From: Lingula anatina
Lineage: Eukaryota; Animalia; Brachiopoda
Assembly (NCBI GenBank): GCA_051362555.1
Contig: CM120641.1
Coordinates: forward strand, 38,570,401-38,634,400
DNA: 64,000 nucleotides
Reading direction: 5' to 3'
Below, one piece after another: positions 38,739-52,300 of the stretch (position 1 is its first letter; each line of letters begins with the position of its first letter). Below the pieces are notes generated by a model. The model did no database searches, was not told the origin of the DNA, and saw only the letters and a list, made by a program, of their open reading frames with translations. The position numbers and the translations under genes are program-made.

Positions 38739-40439
38739 CAAGGATAGAAGCAGCCACCAACAATGCAGCGGAGCTCCTAAAATATGAAATATATTACAGT
38801 GACCAATAAATAAACATGAATGGATACAGACTGGTGTCTGGAGATCAATCAATAAGGATTGCATAAAAAATGTTACACCAGAAATTCTGCAATATACCCT
38901 AAGAGAGAGTAAGAGGACAGAATATATATTTATAATTGTGTGCAAAGTCAAGAGAACAAGAGGATAGGCACTAACAAATACATATTAGCAAAAGAAAAGG
39001 CAAATTTTTTGTTAAGGCAGATTGAAATATGTCAGGTCAGTGTAAATGCAACTAATGGCCCTTGTCAAATTGTTTCAATTGGTACAACTGGCAATTATAC
39101 TTCCAAGTAAACGATGCTAAAGATGTTCAACATAAAGATTTTCTTCCTCTTTACTTCAGCCAGCACATGATTTTTCTCGAACTTCATTATGCTGGAAAAT
39201 GGGAAGGCACTATTCTGTGCTGCTGATATCACAAAAAATGCTGTTTATAAGAATTTTAAGAATCATAAAATTTTTTTTGGTGGTAATTGGATTGTACTTT
39301 ATTTTCTTAGGCAGTACAAATGCTTGTTTTAAAAAATTAAAATAAAATTATGATCTGTGGTTTGTACAAAACCAAAAGACCTCAAATTACACTTTGATTC
39401 AAGTCCTGGAAAACCAGTAAATGGAATGTGGGATATATTACAAAAAGAAGACATAATAAATCCTTAATTACATGAATGTTATTGTTAACAAAATATATAT
39501 CTTAAACATACACTGTAGTCACTCACTGGTTGAAATGCATTAGATATATTCTGTAGTAAGACAGCAAAGCATAAGAATAACAAGTATACAATCATTTCAG
39601 AATCTACATTATATGAGCACTATACACTGTTTTATTCAAACTATAAAATAGTAATTTATCTTGAAATACAGTGTCAACTATAATTAAAGCAGTTGTTCAT
39701 TAGCCTATGTATAGTTTGTCAAGAGTTGTTAGGGTAAAAATTTAAGTGTACTATTTTATGGTTAGATAGTTTCCATTTTCATTTACGTGTATACTACAAG
39801 TTAATAGCAACTTTTCAAAAAGCTCCAAATGAGAAAAATAAACCATCACATGTTCCTTATGAAGTTTAGAAATATATCTGACTGACTGACTGGTATCATG
39901 TACATAACATATATGGGGTCAACCATAAGGCCTGTAAAAATGAACGTTGAGATATCATTGTAAGATACTGAAATGTTTATAAGACTAATTACAAGTTTAG
40001 AGTATATTAAGCAACTTAATATTATAGGTTAACTCGATGCATTATGTTGATATTTAAACAGAATGTCACAAATATTACGAACGCCACAGGGAAATTACAC
40101 AACAGCGGGACCACAACAGCTACGGTAAGTTTGTTCCTTGTCAAGCTTTTATCAACTCGGGTAAATCTTCACTGGTGCCATTTGTCTGACCAAAAACAGG
40201 AAAATACTAAAGGAATGCTCAAAAATTGATAGATGTTTTACAAAAATTATACAAAATTGAATCATTTTCTTCTGCAATTATAAAGTTGTGCATGCCGAGA
40301 TGTCAATTTGCAGAGTAGAAATTATTAGTAGGGATATCCTCCATCCATTTCCACCGCCAACGCACAAAGTAGTATGATAGGTATGACAATTCTAAGATTA
40401 TAAAGTTTAAGATTTGGTAACAGTACAAAATTCTTGTAG

Positions 40440-40960
40440 CTTGTAGCTACCTTGGTTAACACAGCATTTGTTTTACCCAATTTAGGCAATACACGTGATA
40501 TCAAAATGGCGGCTACCATGTTCCCCCTGTCAGGATTGAAGGAAAACAGTGGTGTTGCATGAGAGAGAATCCGAGAGGGGAAGGGTTAGTGAATGTCTAT
40601 ATCAAGTTTAGTACCTTTTCTTCTCTGACACCTGAACTGTGCTGTCTTCGGAGCCCCCACCCCTCAAAACTCGCTATGTTTCACAGGTTCCGCCTTCTCT
40701 TATACACCACCATCCACAGCAGAAATCACATTGGTCAGATTACTGCCCAGCATAGTAACCAAGGGCTTCCGCCGAAAAACGAAACAAATCACGGTAATTA
40801 TTTTTTACAAAGTTATAAAATGGACACATACGTTATTTTCTTAGCAAAAAATAATAATTTACATATGTCTTTACTTAATGTAATAGACTGTATTCAAATC
40901 CTGAATAAAACAATTGGAAACCGAAAATGGCGGGAGTTCGCAGACGCAGTGCGGTGACCT
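40440..40960 (-). promoter_or_regulatory. Probable LARP4 promoter and non-coding first exon(s)
   Basis: CpG-rich; YY1-type AAAATGGCGG motifs at about 40504 and 40924; minus-strand donor aag|gtact at about 40615 could splice to the acceptor at 38776, upstream of the MTSDQ ATG. Confidence 0.5.
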
Positions 40961-42247
40961 GGACTCCATGGTACTATATTTGATGCCCCTAATATTGGCA
41001 ATCCAACAAGCATTGGCCTTTTGCTTGATTGTGTTAGCAAAGACGCAAAACATTCACGTACAAAGCTCCACGAAAACGTGCTGGAGAATTTACAGAACTG
41101 AGTTTTCATCGAGTTATAATAATTAGGCTAGTAGGGTTTTTGACTATTTAATTGAATTTTAAAAACTTTATTAGAGGTTTGGTCACTCTACTGGGGTTGC
41201 ATTTTGTAATTGTCACCCGAATAGGCTACTATCAATAGGCGCCGCGCTTCACAGTCATGCACAGTGCGTTTAATTTTAGTTCTCAGTTCAGAGAGTTCCA
41301 GTTCTGAATCCACGTAAAAACAATAACCTTAGAAGGCAATTAGTAGGCTAGTTTTGCTGACGGAAAATTTTATTCGTGGCACTCGCCTTCACATTCAAGG
41401 AAAAATAGGGGCCTAATCAGAATCATGGCGACACATAGCCTATAGGCCTAGGGGCCTATACCAATATGATGTCAAACTATCATTGTAATAAATCACAAAT
41501 GAATATTTAATGGTTATCCCCCCAGAATCTGGAGTTTAATCTTGGGGATGGCGGAGAAAATGCGTGTATAGTAGGGCCTACATTTTTTTTTTTTTTTTTT
41601 TGTCAATTTTGAAATTATAATTGCGCAATAGATTCATTTTTTCTGAGATTGGTGTGCAAATTAAACGGCAGTTTTACTACATGAATGTGCCAGTTGCATT
41701 CAAATTATGGTTATATTGTGATAATCTCTCCAAAAAGGTCAAATGCGGTCAAATGCATTTCAAGAATGCGCAAACACGAAACCACAGAGTTAAATTCCAA
41801 AGAGGATAATATCAGACCAATAGACCATTCTGAGAACCATTGCATATGAAAACGATTTTTAAAAAGATGGTTCAAGCATAAAGTCTATGCCAGCAAAAAT
41901 AATAAAAAAAATTAAGTAACAACGAATTTAAAGTATATGTTACTGAAGGAAGTAGGTTTAATTTGTTTGATGTTTGTCGAACTAAAACAATTTTTTCAGA
42001 AACATAGTATGTTACTTTTGATAACACTTCGTGATTTGCAAATTATTTCATCTCAGTGCAACAGTCTCGTTTCTTTTGGTTGAGCATAACTGTGATTCAG
42101 CCCTGGCACAACAATAGCTCTCATATAACAGTAGGCCTATATCAAAATGTAATTGTTTCCACAGCGTTATAAAAAATTGCATTCAGCCTTCGCTCAGTCT
42201 GATGCGCACCACTCTTTGACATTCAAATCTATCAGTTATTCCTGCGT

Positions 42248-45115
42248 TTAATCATCCCCCATTTCTTTCTTGAGTTTTGCCAACGCCATAAGTCGGTCGT
42301 CTCGCCACTTTCTTTTCTCAGGAAGCCCATCTACAGTAGAAAACGTTCTGCACATGGCGTCGTGGATCTTCTTAGCAGTGTCCGAGTCAGATTTAAGCTC
42401 GGTGACCGGTTTCATATCATTGAGAACTGCCCATATTGAAGGTCCATAACGGTCCACATTATCAGTGACGCCTGTAAAAATAGCGATTATCTTGAAAAAA
42501 CAAAAGGAAGAAACGTTGCTCTGCTTCATACTCTCGTGTAAAAAAATTGATTGATTGAGAGATAGAGAGACCGAGAAGAGAGACAGAGAACGAGAGAGAA
42601 TATTTCGTTTCGTTGGTCTTACCAAATCCATTCATGTGCATAGTTTCAAATTGGCCTGTAAAAGCATATCGCATACCAAGGCCATTCTTCAGGATTTTTT
42701 CTACGTCTTCTGGCTCCAATACATCATCCTGAAACGACGTAGCCTAAATGATCGAACAATCAAATAAACTGTATTGGTTGGAGAAAAGTCATGCTTCACG
42801 TATGAAACGTTGCCTGCTAACTATAGATAATTAAACAGTGAGCAAATAATAATTAAAATGCTATAAATCTCAATTATACTTACATTTGTACGGTGAAGGC
42901 ACCCGATAGTAGGCCGAATAACAGTTACCAAATTATTATGCAAACTGTTGAAGAACGCGAGCAAAGATTTGATGAACACCGGACAATGACTGGATAAAAA
43001 CTTGAACGTTAGACCACTCACCAGGCGTTGTACATTACCTCTACTAAATCCCAGCACACTTTTATGATTGCATATTGAATTCTATTGATTCCAAATCCTA
43101 AAATCTCTTTCTTAAACACGATTGGTTTCGATCCCACTTCTTCCATTAGATCTTTAACTCTGGTCGAGACATCTGCATCTGTCCACGGGGCGGGAATCAG
43201 TTCAATCAAAGGTGCGTAGTAAGGGGGGTATATCTGGAATTATATTTGAGCAATCAGAAAAGACCTATTCGAAAACAAATGGTTAAGTAGAACGTCTTCT
43301 GGGAAGATCGAGGAACGTTCTCTCACGAGCTGTTAGGGTGAATTTACCTATACCCGAATGCCGTTATACTTACTTAATTCAATTTTGCATCATAACAAGG
43401 CTGGATGTGCTGTTTGTCAAATCTCAAGATAACTAAGCACTTAAAGTAGAAACTTCTTACCAGTGCTAATCGACGGAAGAAGAATGAAATACTTCAAAAC
43501 AAAACATCTCTTTGAGGCTTGATTTAAAAATAACACTTCCAATGTGATGATCGAAATACCAACCGGATGAACGACAATGCATCGGTTTTTTAAATTAAGG
43601 CCTTCAGAAAATTGAGACGCAGGAATACAACTGGTTGAGCTTGCAAGAATGGTGTCAGACTTAACCAGCTTGTCTAACTCTCCGAACACTTTCTTCTTCA
43701 AGTCTAATCTCTCTGGTACACATTCCTATATCAGAAAAAAAGATGGAAGAGTTTCTCTTCAAGCCAACCTGAGTTTCAGAGAACGCTGGAAACTAACCTC
43801 TTTATTATCAGCATGCCTCTGCCGTTTCCGGTGGCCTCTGAAACTCAGGGCGCTTATAAAAATACTTTTAAAACAAAAAATATTTTTACAAAATGAATAA
43901 TGAGGAAGTATGCAACTTATCGTTCAAGACTGTTTTAAGCAAATTATAATATCTGTTTCCATTTCCATATGGAAAACAAATTAATTTTGAAAACAAAAGG
44001 GAAAAAAAGAAAATTAATGTAAGAATGTAGGCCTACGTACGTGAACGTAAAAGGCGCTCTCTACGCAATCTCTCATATCTGTTGCCACAGTAATAAGTTT
44101 GAGTTGCTCTTCTGCTGTCAATTTTCCTTTGAGCAAACCATTGGCCTGTAGCGCCGTAAAGCGCTGTTCTATGTAAGACGTAGCATCTTTCAGCATGTCT
44201 TCAGATATATCATAAATTTTTACCATATAGCCAGCACTAGCATACAACATGGCAAAGCTTCTCCCTATCAGGCCGCTGAAATACATTCGATACCAGGATA
44301 GAGAACTTGAATCCACGGTTTTATTAAAAATAAACAGACAGTTTTCACACACACATATAACATATACAGGTATTTGCAATCATACTGGTATTCATCAATA
44401 TGAGAATCTGATGAGTGATAAATAATATGGGTTCATATCTTTGATTAGTTTATGGGACAATAATAAAAAAACATTCACTGTGCTTTTTTTTCTGATGTTT
44501 GTTCGTTTTCAGTCGGTCAGTTGGTGGACGAGAAACTCAGCTCTGTTGACATGGTTATCAAACGTATCTGACACGACGGCCGGCACTGTCACGGCACTTA
44601 CAGTAAAAAAAGCTTAGATAGCCATAAAAACCATATGGTGAATGTGGATCTCAAAAGAGGATAAGACGACGGTGGCCCAACTCACTAAACAACAAGTAGC
44701 GCTATATAGCGATTTTATCAAACTAAACAAATTTTAATCGTTTTTAAAGGTAGAATAGTGTGTTATTCTAACGTGGCTTTGTGTGATTTTTAGATTTATT
44801 TACTGGTCCAGGTGACAAATGCGCGTGGGTTTTCAAGTGGGTTGGCCACATTTGATCCGTGGATGTGTTAGTCTGTGGATAAACTCTGTAGTGAATGCTC
44901 TGTAGATTCTCTTGACCTCCATTTAGGTGACACACCCCCTCCTCTCGATTCTCACAGACAGGAGTAAATACGCTGTAAATATGCACTCTGCTCAGTGGGT
45001 TACGAGTAATTAAGACCTCTTTCTGACTGTTTCTGGCTCTATTTTAAGGTCTAAACCTGATATAGAATCTCGTGCCTCACCTGCCTAAAACTGCGATATT
45101 TCCTTTCGACGCCAT
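42248..45115 (-). CDS. CRYL1: Lambda-crystallin homolog / L-gulonate 3-dehydrogenase, 318 aa; exons 45081-45115, 44041-44275, 43564-43725, 43039-43233, 42623-42728, 42248-42471
   Basis: Rossmann [22 protein letters not shown]; [14 protein letters not shown]; [12 protein letters not shown]; HP...[16 protein letters not shown]; [12 protein letters not shown]; [18 protein letters not shown]; [14 protein letters not shown]. 957 nt, phases consistent. Confidence 0.93.
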
Positions 45116-45699
45116 TTGCTCTTTCGATAGTCTTTGAGTGCAAAGATCAGTAACAGAACATATGTGTATATAAATATGTTCAGGGTATTATCAGCTTAAA
45201 GTAAACCTCTGTACTGCATTCGTATCACATGGAAACACGTGACCACAATATACTCTAACACAATGTAAGTATTATCATGAAACTTTGGACGCAAAGAAAT
45301 AGCCAGCGCAGCCGACTGTAAGCTGCAAATTGAAGGGGTCCACTGCAAACTGGCGATCCCTGCCTCGCCCCAACTTCCAAAAAGGTGCTGTTATGGAAAA
45401 GTTGCTCTAATGTAAGTGAATGATACAGCCCAGAAAATTCTTTACTAGACCCTATTGCAATTTTATTTTGCGATTTTCTTTTTTGAAGTAAGTAATACAT
45501 GAACTTTTAATGATAACACTGGTATTTTAGGGTACAGCTATAAAAAACTATCATCCTCCAGGAAGTTTTTCATACATTTATATTCAATTTCATATTCCAC
45601 CAAAAATTGAATACAAGTTGAATAAGATCACAAGGCTTCAATTTATATTGACAGAATAAATCAAAATTATTTTATTCATAATAAGTTTCGGCATTCTTT

Positions 45700-46012
45700 A
45701 TAATGGCAAAAGCGGTATAAAAGTGCAATTTTTCTATACTTTCCAATGGTTAATGAATCCTTTCCGACATTTAAAGTAAGTCCATTGTTTTTTGTTTTTT
45801 TTTAAGTATGGTTTTTGAAATAATCTCTAAAGCGAATATTACACAGGGTACCCATCTACGAAGTCCACATGGCTTGATGGCAAGCACATGTCAGAATAAT
45901 TGCAATAACTGCCTTTTTGGTGGTAAAATGGAATTTATTACATTTCTGTGTGTTGTTTAGAATGTATTTATTTGGGAATTTTGAATCTCATATGAAGATT
46001 TGTTATCCTTTT
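45700..46012. mobile_element. Degenerate Kolobok-like MITE copy 4, between the AAMP 3' end and the CRYL1 5' end
   Basis: aatggttaatgaatcc...gtccacatgg...tgtcagaataattgcaataactgcc...tctcatatgaaga...tatcctttta aligns with 37760-38037. Confidence 0.6.
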
Positions 46013-46163
46013 ATTTCCTTGCATGTAACACTTCTTGCTAAACAAGTTCCTGTGAACCCACTAACTAGGAGATTTACTCAGCAATGTTCAATATCTAAAA
46101 GGGTATCTGAGACGTAATACTACAAAGCAGCATGACAAAGAATTGCCACTAAGTAATATAATG

Positions 46164-46318
46164 TTTCAGCATAACAATCTTCCACGGAAATCACAAAGTG
46201 ATAATTTATAATACTATCTTTAATGTTCCAATTTTTATAATTTTTCAGCATAACAATCTTCCATGGAAATCACAAAGTGGTAATTTATGATACTATTCTT
46301 AATGTTCCAATTTTTAAA
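46164..46318. repeat. Two-copy ~80-bp tandem duplication in the AAMP 3' UTR
   Basis: tttcagcataacaatcttcca(c/t)ggaaatcacaaagtg...taatgttccaattttta occurs twice in succession. Confidence 0.85.
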
Positions 46319-46359
46319 AATGAAGTTTATGTGACATTATAGTCTTCCAAAACACATCT

Positions 46360-48810
46360 TCATCTGTCAGGCGAGTGTAAAGAATATACTCTGACTGTCT
46401 CATCGCTGGATGATGTTAGAAGGTGATTGCCATCCCTGAAAGCGTAAATAAAATAAATCCACTAGAGGTTGATTTGCTTTTTAAAGTTAAAACTTCATAT
46501 TATTTAAAAAATTAAAACCTATATTCAATTTGTAGCAAAAATAAATATTCTGTTGCTCTTATTTATACAGTCACCAAATTTATTTACACATCCAAGCTTT
46601 ACCTCATTCAAAAACACACACAAAGTTTTTTGTATGAAATTTTAATCTAACTAGAAAGCAAAGCTGGCAAATATACAGACACCATACAGGAAACAAGGCA
46701 GCAAAGCTGACAAATATTCAGAGATTCAGATACAGAAAAGAGTGCGCCAAATGTTTGACCAATTTTGATGCACTATTACATAAAGCTTTAAAATGGCATA
46801 ATCACTCTTACCCTCTTACATTATTTACTGTATATAAAAATGTATATAAAAATTTCAAAACAGGTAGCATTTAATGAACCAAGTGAATAGTAAAAGCCAA
46901 CAAGTAGAAAATATGAGAACCAATAGTGTTTGTCATTCATTTTGCAAGTCACTTTCTGCTGAGACAGAAAATATTAGAAATGTCTGTTGATAATTTACAC
47001 CAGTAACAAACATCAAATTTAATTCATGTTGAAGTCTAATACCCCACTGGGACTGTACTAACCTAGATATGGTTAAATCTAATATCTCTGCCCCGTGTCC
47101 CATCCACTGTGCCTCTGTCTTGCCTGTCCTTGCATCCCACAGCCTTACTGTCCCATCTAGGCTGCCTGTGTACACCATGGGGGATGTGTTATCCCACTTC
47201 AGCCTCACAATTCCAGCCTAAAATGGCAGAGACTTTGAAAAAAATATATACCTGTCTAGAAAAAGCCACACAATTTTGTTTGCGTTTTAGATCCAACTGC
47301 TAACTGATACAGAGTAAATCAGAAGGCACTGCTAATTCTCCTACATAAAAAACTGAACATTATACTAACGTTATTTCCCATCTAACCAGATAAGTGACAT
47401 CTTTGCCAGCAGGTATAACAATTCAGGTTATATGACAATCTTACCTCATTATCACACTGTTGTCTAACGGTCTGCTTTGCGAGGTCCCAAAAGCACAGGG
47501 AACCAGCAAGAGTGCCTGTAGCTAAATATGGGTTGCTGAAATGTACATATAATAAAGCAATTAAATTAACATAGGTGAAAAGTATTGTAAACATCATCTG
47601 TGGTGTACTCTTACAACTAAAAGATAAGAGAAATACAAAATATAAAATACATTGGGCAAACAACATCATCAAAAGTACTACAAAGGCAAAACAGGATGTA
47701 AAGTACAAATACAGGACAACAGATGAACTATACAAGTGACTGAGTGGACCCAAAGGAATTGGACCAGAAAATATGGTAGACAAAAGACAAGATGGAGAGA
47801 GAGAACCTAACCGAAATATATGACCTCCATGGACATAAAAACAACAAAGGGCAAACTTTTATGGAAGCATTCCAAGAATAGGTTTCTTCAAATGGACTGA
47901 TATTATCCCTGAATTTAGATTTAGATGTATATTATTTGTGCTGATCATTGTGTTCATACTTTTAATTAACCAACTGATTCCTTTTCAAAGTGCTTACTTT
48001 GGTGAGCAACCCACTGCCTCTACAGAGTCCTCTTCTTCAGCAGCGGAGGCATCTGTTTCACTGGACTGTTTTTTGCAATTAAATGTTGTCACCACCTTCA
48101 TAAGAAAAATAGGGTAATTAAAAACATTCCACATTCTCAAGTCAAAAACACATACAATATGAGCATGTGTGCATGCACAGACACAGTGAGAGAGACAGAG
48201 AAAGTATAATTATGAACATAACATTCTCCATCACAAAGGAAATTATCACTATATTGAAATTATTCATGCATTTATATCAATTGCTTCCAACATCCTACCC
48301 TTACCTTGCCATTGTTTGAGTTAATAACCTTGGCAGTGACATCAACTGACCCTGTGACAACCATGACATTATCTGGGTGGCAGTCTATGCATGTAATAGC
48401 ACCATCATGAGCGTCGTGACCTGTGTTGGAAGAAAAATTATCAATCACTGTTAAATGCAAATGCTTGGGCTTTCTATACTCTAACACCCAAAGATGGTGA
48501 CATGCACCACCTAAAATGTATGTAAGAGTACTTCTGATCCCAGCAAAGAAATTACATTCACGGAGATTTTTTGCGATTTTTAAACGAAAACTATGCGGTT
48601 TATGCAAACACTTACCAGATATGGAGTGTAATGGGGAACCTTCTTTCAGATCCCAAATTTTAACAGTCCCATCATCATAGCCTGTACATGCCCGCTTTCC
48701 TGCAATATGTGATAAATCCTGTACTCATATCTACCTTAGTCATTCCAAAAAAAAAAAAAAAAAACATTCAGTGATATATTCTGCACTTTAATATTCTTGC
48801 ATAAAAATAC

Positions 48811-48857
<47 letters not shown>

Positions 48858-49305
48858 CACCTAATCCAAACAAAACAGGCACTGGTCTACATGAATTAAG
48901 AGAATATGCAAATATTTTAATGCAAAAGCGTAAAAAAAGTGTTATTTGCCTCCAGCTCTAGAAATCTGCACATCTCTTCATGAAATTGTGGTTTTTGCAC
49001 AGCCTTCTCATGTCATTAGAAAGTCTGATTGTGTGAAAGAAAGCAGAAAAAGTGGAAGTAATGTTGTCTTGTATGTATTTCCATACCATCAGGTAAAATT
49101 CTGCCCTCACTGCATGTACATCCTTGACCTTGGAAAGTTTTACAGTCTCCTCCAGGAATCTTCCACATCCACATCTCCCCATCTACTGTGCCAGCCAGCA
49201 GAACGTGAGCACAATGATGCCATCTGAGCCACTAAAAATATCATTATCCATAATATTCCATTCCATTTAGCAGTTTTAAAAACCTAAATGTGTGTGCGCA
49301 CGTGT

Positions 49306-49336
<31 letters not shown>

Positions 49337-52300
49337 GGGGGGGGGGTTCTGTCAATTCAATTTTCTCATGCACCTAGTGATCAGATTCATTTTTCAAAAC
49401 TGAGGAAAAGGCCATGGGATTACACATTTTGAAATTGTTTGGGAAACAGAAATATCATAAAGCTACACCATAGACCTGCAGCTAGTGTCAGTTTCAAATC
49501 AATACTCCATTGCCTTAAACACTTACTTCTAGATCAGTGCATTCAAATGACCATATTTCCACCTTGGTGTCAACCTTCCAAACCTTGATTATCCCACTCA
49601 TATCTCCTGTAGCTAAGTACTGTGAGTCATGGCTAAATGCAACTTGAGTCACAGAGTCTTTGTGTCCTTCAATAGAAATTAAATAATGACTTCATTAGTT
49701 GGTAAGTTCCTATTATTCAATTCCACTATAGTCAAAATATATTGTACAAAAAATGTTTATATGTGCATTTTTAATCATCTAACAAACACTCAGCAAACTA
49801 AATGCCACACAAAAATGTTTGGTTGTCGGGGGATTGAGGCAAATGGGCTAACTGCATTTACTCTAATATCCTATGATCTATTGTATTAAAAATGTTGGCT
49901 ACTGGGTAGACACATATCCTCTTCAATGCTTTATTAACTTTCAATCTGTGGCACCTAGCCTGAAATGGTACTATTTGCATAATCTTTTTTTATAACACAT
50001 ATACTTGACTGAAATCATTTATTTGTTTTTTGATGACTGATCCAGAGTTATCAAGTCTTTAATAAAGTATGATCAAGGACCTACCTGTACATTTTAGAAC
50101 CACCTGTCCACTGTCAATTTTCCAGAGGTATGCCAGGTCATCTTCTCCACCACTCACAGCAAATTCACATTTAACTGGGTCAGCTTGTACACAAAACACA
50201 GAACCTGAAAAAAAAGGACATCTCAACATCTCATACCCTCCTGAAGGTGGACGTTTATGAATAACCATCATTTAATTGCAAGAGAGGCTGTTTCAGTGAC
50301 TTAATCAGTTTATTAAAGAAAGTATATTTTACCTTTATGTTCAGTAAAAACCAAATCAGCATCATCTCTCAAAGGCAGGGATGTCCTGTTTTCTTTATTT
50401 TCATCTTCAACACCACCATCACCATCATATTGGTCTAGGTCCATATCTTCCATGCCTTCAGCAAGGGCCTCTGGAGACATCAATAATGTAAGCTCAATTT
50501 AAAAATAAAAAGTCATCACTAAAAAACTGCATACTTGTTATTAAACAAAAATAACATATCTGAATAAGTTAGTTTGCAAAAGTGTATCATAGGACTTGGC
50601 AACCCGCTTTTAGAACTTGCCAAAATGTACATGACTTCTATATGTTTATAGATAACTTATAATATAAATATACATTTTAACAGATATATAAAATCATTCC
50701 CAGTTATAATGTTTTCACATTTTTACCTCTGCCAAGGAGGTTATGTTTTCACCCCTGTTTGTTTGTTTGTTTGTCTGTCATCAACATAACTCAAAAAGTT
50801 ATGGACCGATTTTGATGAAATTTTCAGGAACTGTCAAAAGTGGGCCAAGGCACAGATGATTAGTTTTTTGTGGTGATCCGGATCAAAATCAATAATTTGT
50901 TTGTTTGTTTGTCTGACTGTCATCAACATAACTCAAAAAGTTATGGACCAATTTTGATGAAATTTTCAGGAACTGTCAGAAGTGGGCCAAGGAACAGATG
51001 ATTAGTTTTTGGTGATGATCCAGATCAATAATCAATCAATAATCAATAATTGGATTGTTTGTTTGTTTGTTTGTCATCAACATAACTCAAAAAGTTATGG
51101 ACCAATTTTGATGAAATTTTCAGGAACTGTCAGAAGTGGGCCAAGGAACAGATGATTAGTTTTTGGTGGTGACCTGAATCAATAATCAATAATCATAAAA
51201 AATCAAAATATTAAGTTATGGACTGATTTTGATGAAATTTTCAGGAACTGTCAGACGTGGGCCAAGGAACAGATGATTAGTTTTTGGTGGTGATCCGGTG
51301 TTAAATTTGTGAACTAGTGTCAAACTAGCATGAAATTCATGCAGTGCACTCGGTAGGATTTTTCTAAGGGAGTACCGTACCCCTTGCCCAAAAAAAGAAG
51401 GGGTAATTTTCAAAATGAAGGGGTAAAATAAAAAAATGCTCATCAAGGTGTAATTTTGTGTATTTTAATTATTAAAATAATCATGCAATCACACAGTTCA
51501 CTTTCATAACAATAACCCACTATCCTTTTATCCAAAATCTTTTATTATTGCAATTTAACAAAAAGAAAATAAAAACAAAATGGACAGGTCACGCATAGGT
51601 CACGACTAGATACTGTGTTTCTTTGACTAGAGTAAAAGTAACTGGTGCTACCTAGTAAATGTAACAAAAGGAAAACATTCCTCTTTTGGCTTGAAAACAA
51701 AAATCTCTAAATAAATATAATAATAACAATCTCAAAATAAAAGATCTCATTTTAAAAAATTTACAATCTATTCTTGACTGAGATTTAAAAATGCTCCTGG
51801 CCTAACTGCTTCCTTAGTAAAGTTTTTAAAAAAACTAGGTCAAACAAGCGCTCTGTAATAGTTGGGAAAGGGAGAGATAGAGAACGGCGCCAAAATGTCT
51901 GGACACTGACAAGTAGTCACCCAGTATCCGTCTCTGTCAAACAAGCATTTTTTAGTATACTATTTGAGAAGGGACACAAAATTTACATATTTAGCCATTT
52001 TAATCAATCAAAATGTTCATACTTCTTACTCTTCCTAGTGTTTCTCCCTAAAATTGATGCCGACAAAAAGTAGGTCAAGTCGGGAACATTAAGCACCCGT
52101 CGTTTTTAAGTTTTACTAAATTGTTTATAAAAATTAAACCTTTGCTTTCAATTTGTAAATAATTACTAGAAATATTATTTCACAGTTTTCTCGTCATTTT
52201 GTCATCACTGGTAATCAGCAGAGCTGGAAATTCCCGGTCGCCCGCTCGTCAAATGCGACTAAAAATTTATTCTGACGACTAAAACTACAAAAGTCACAAG

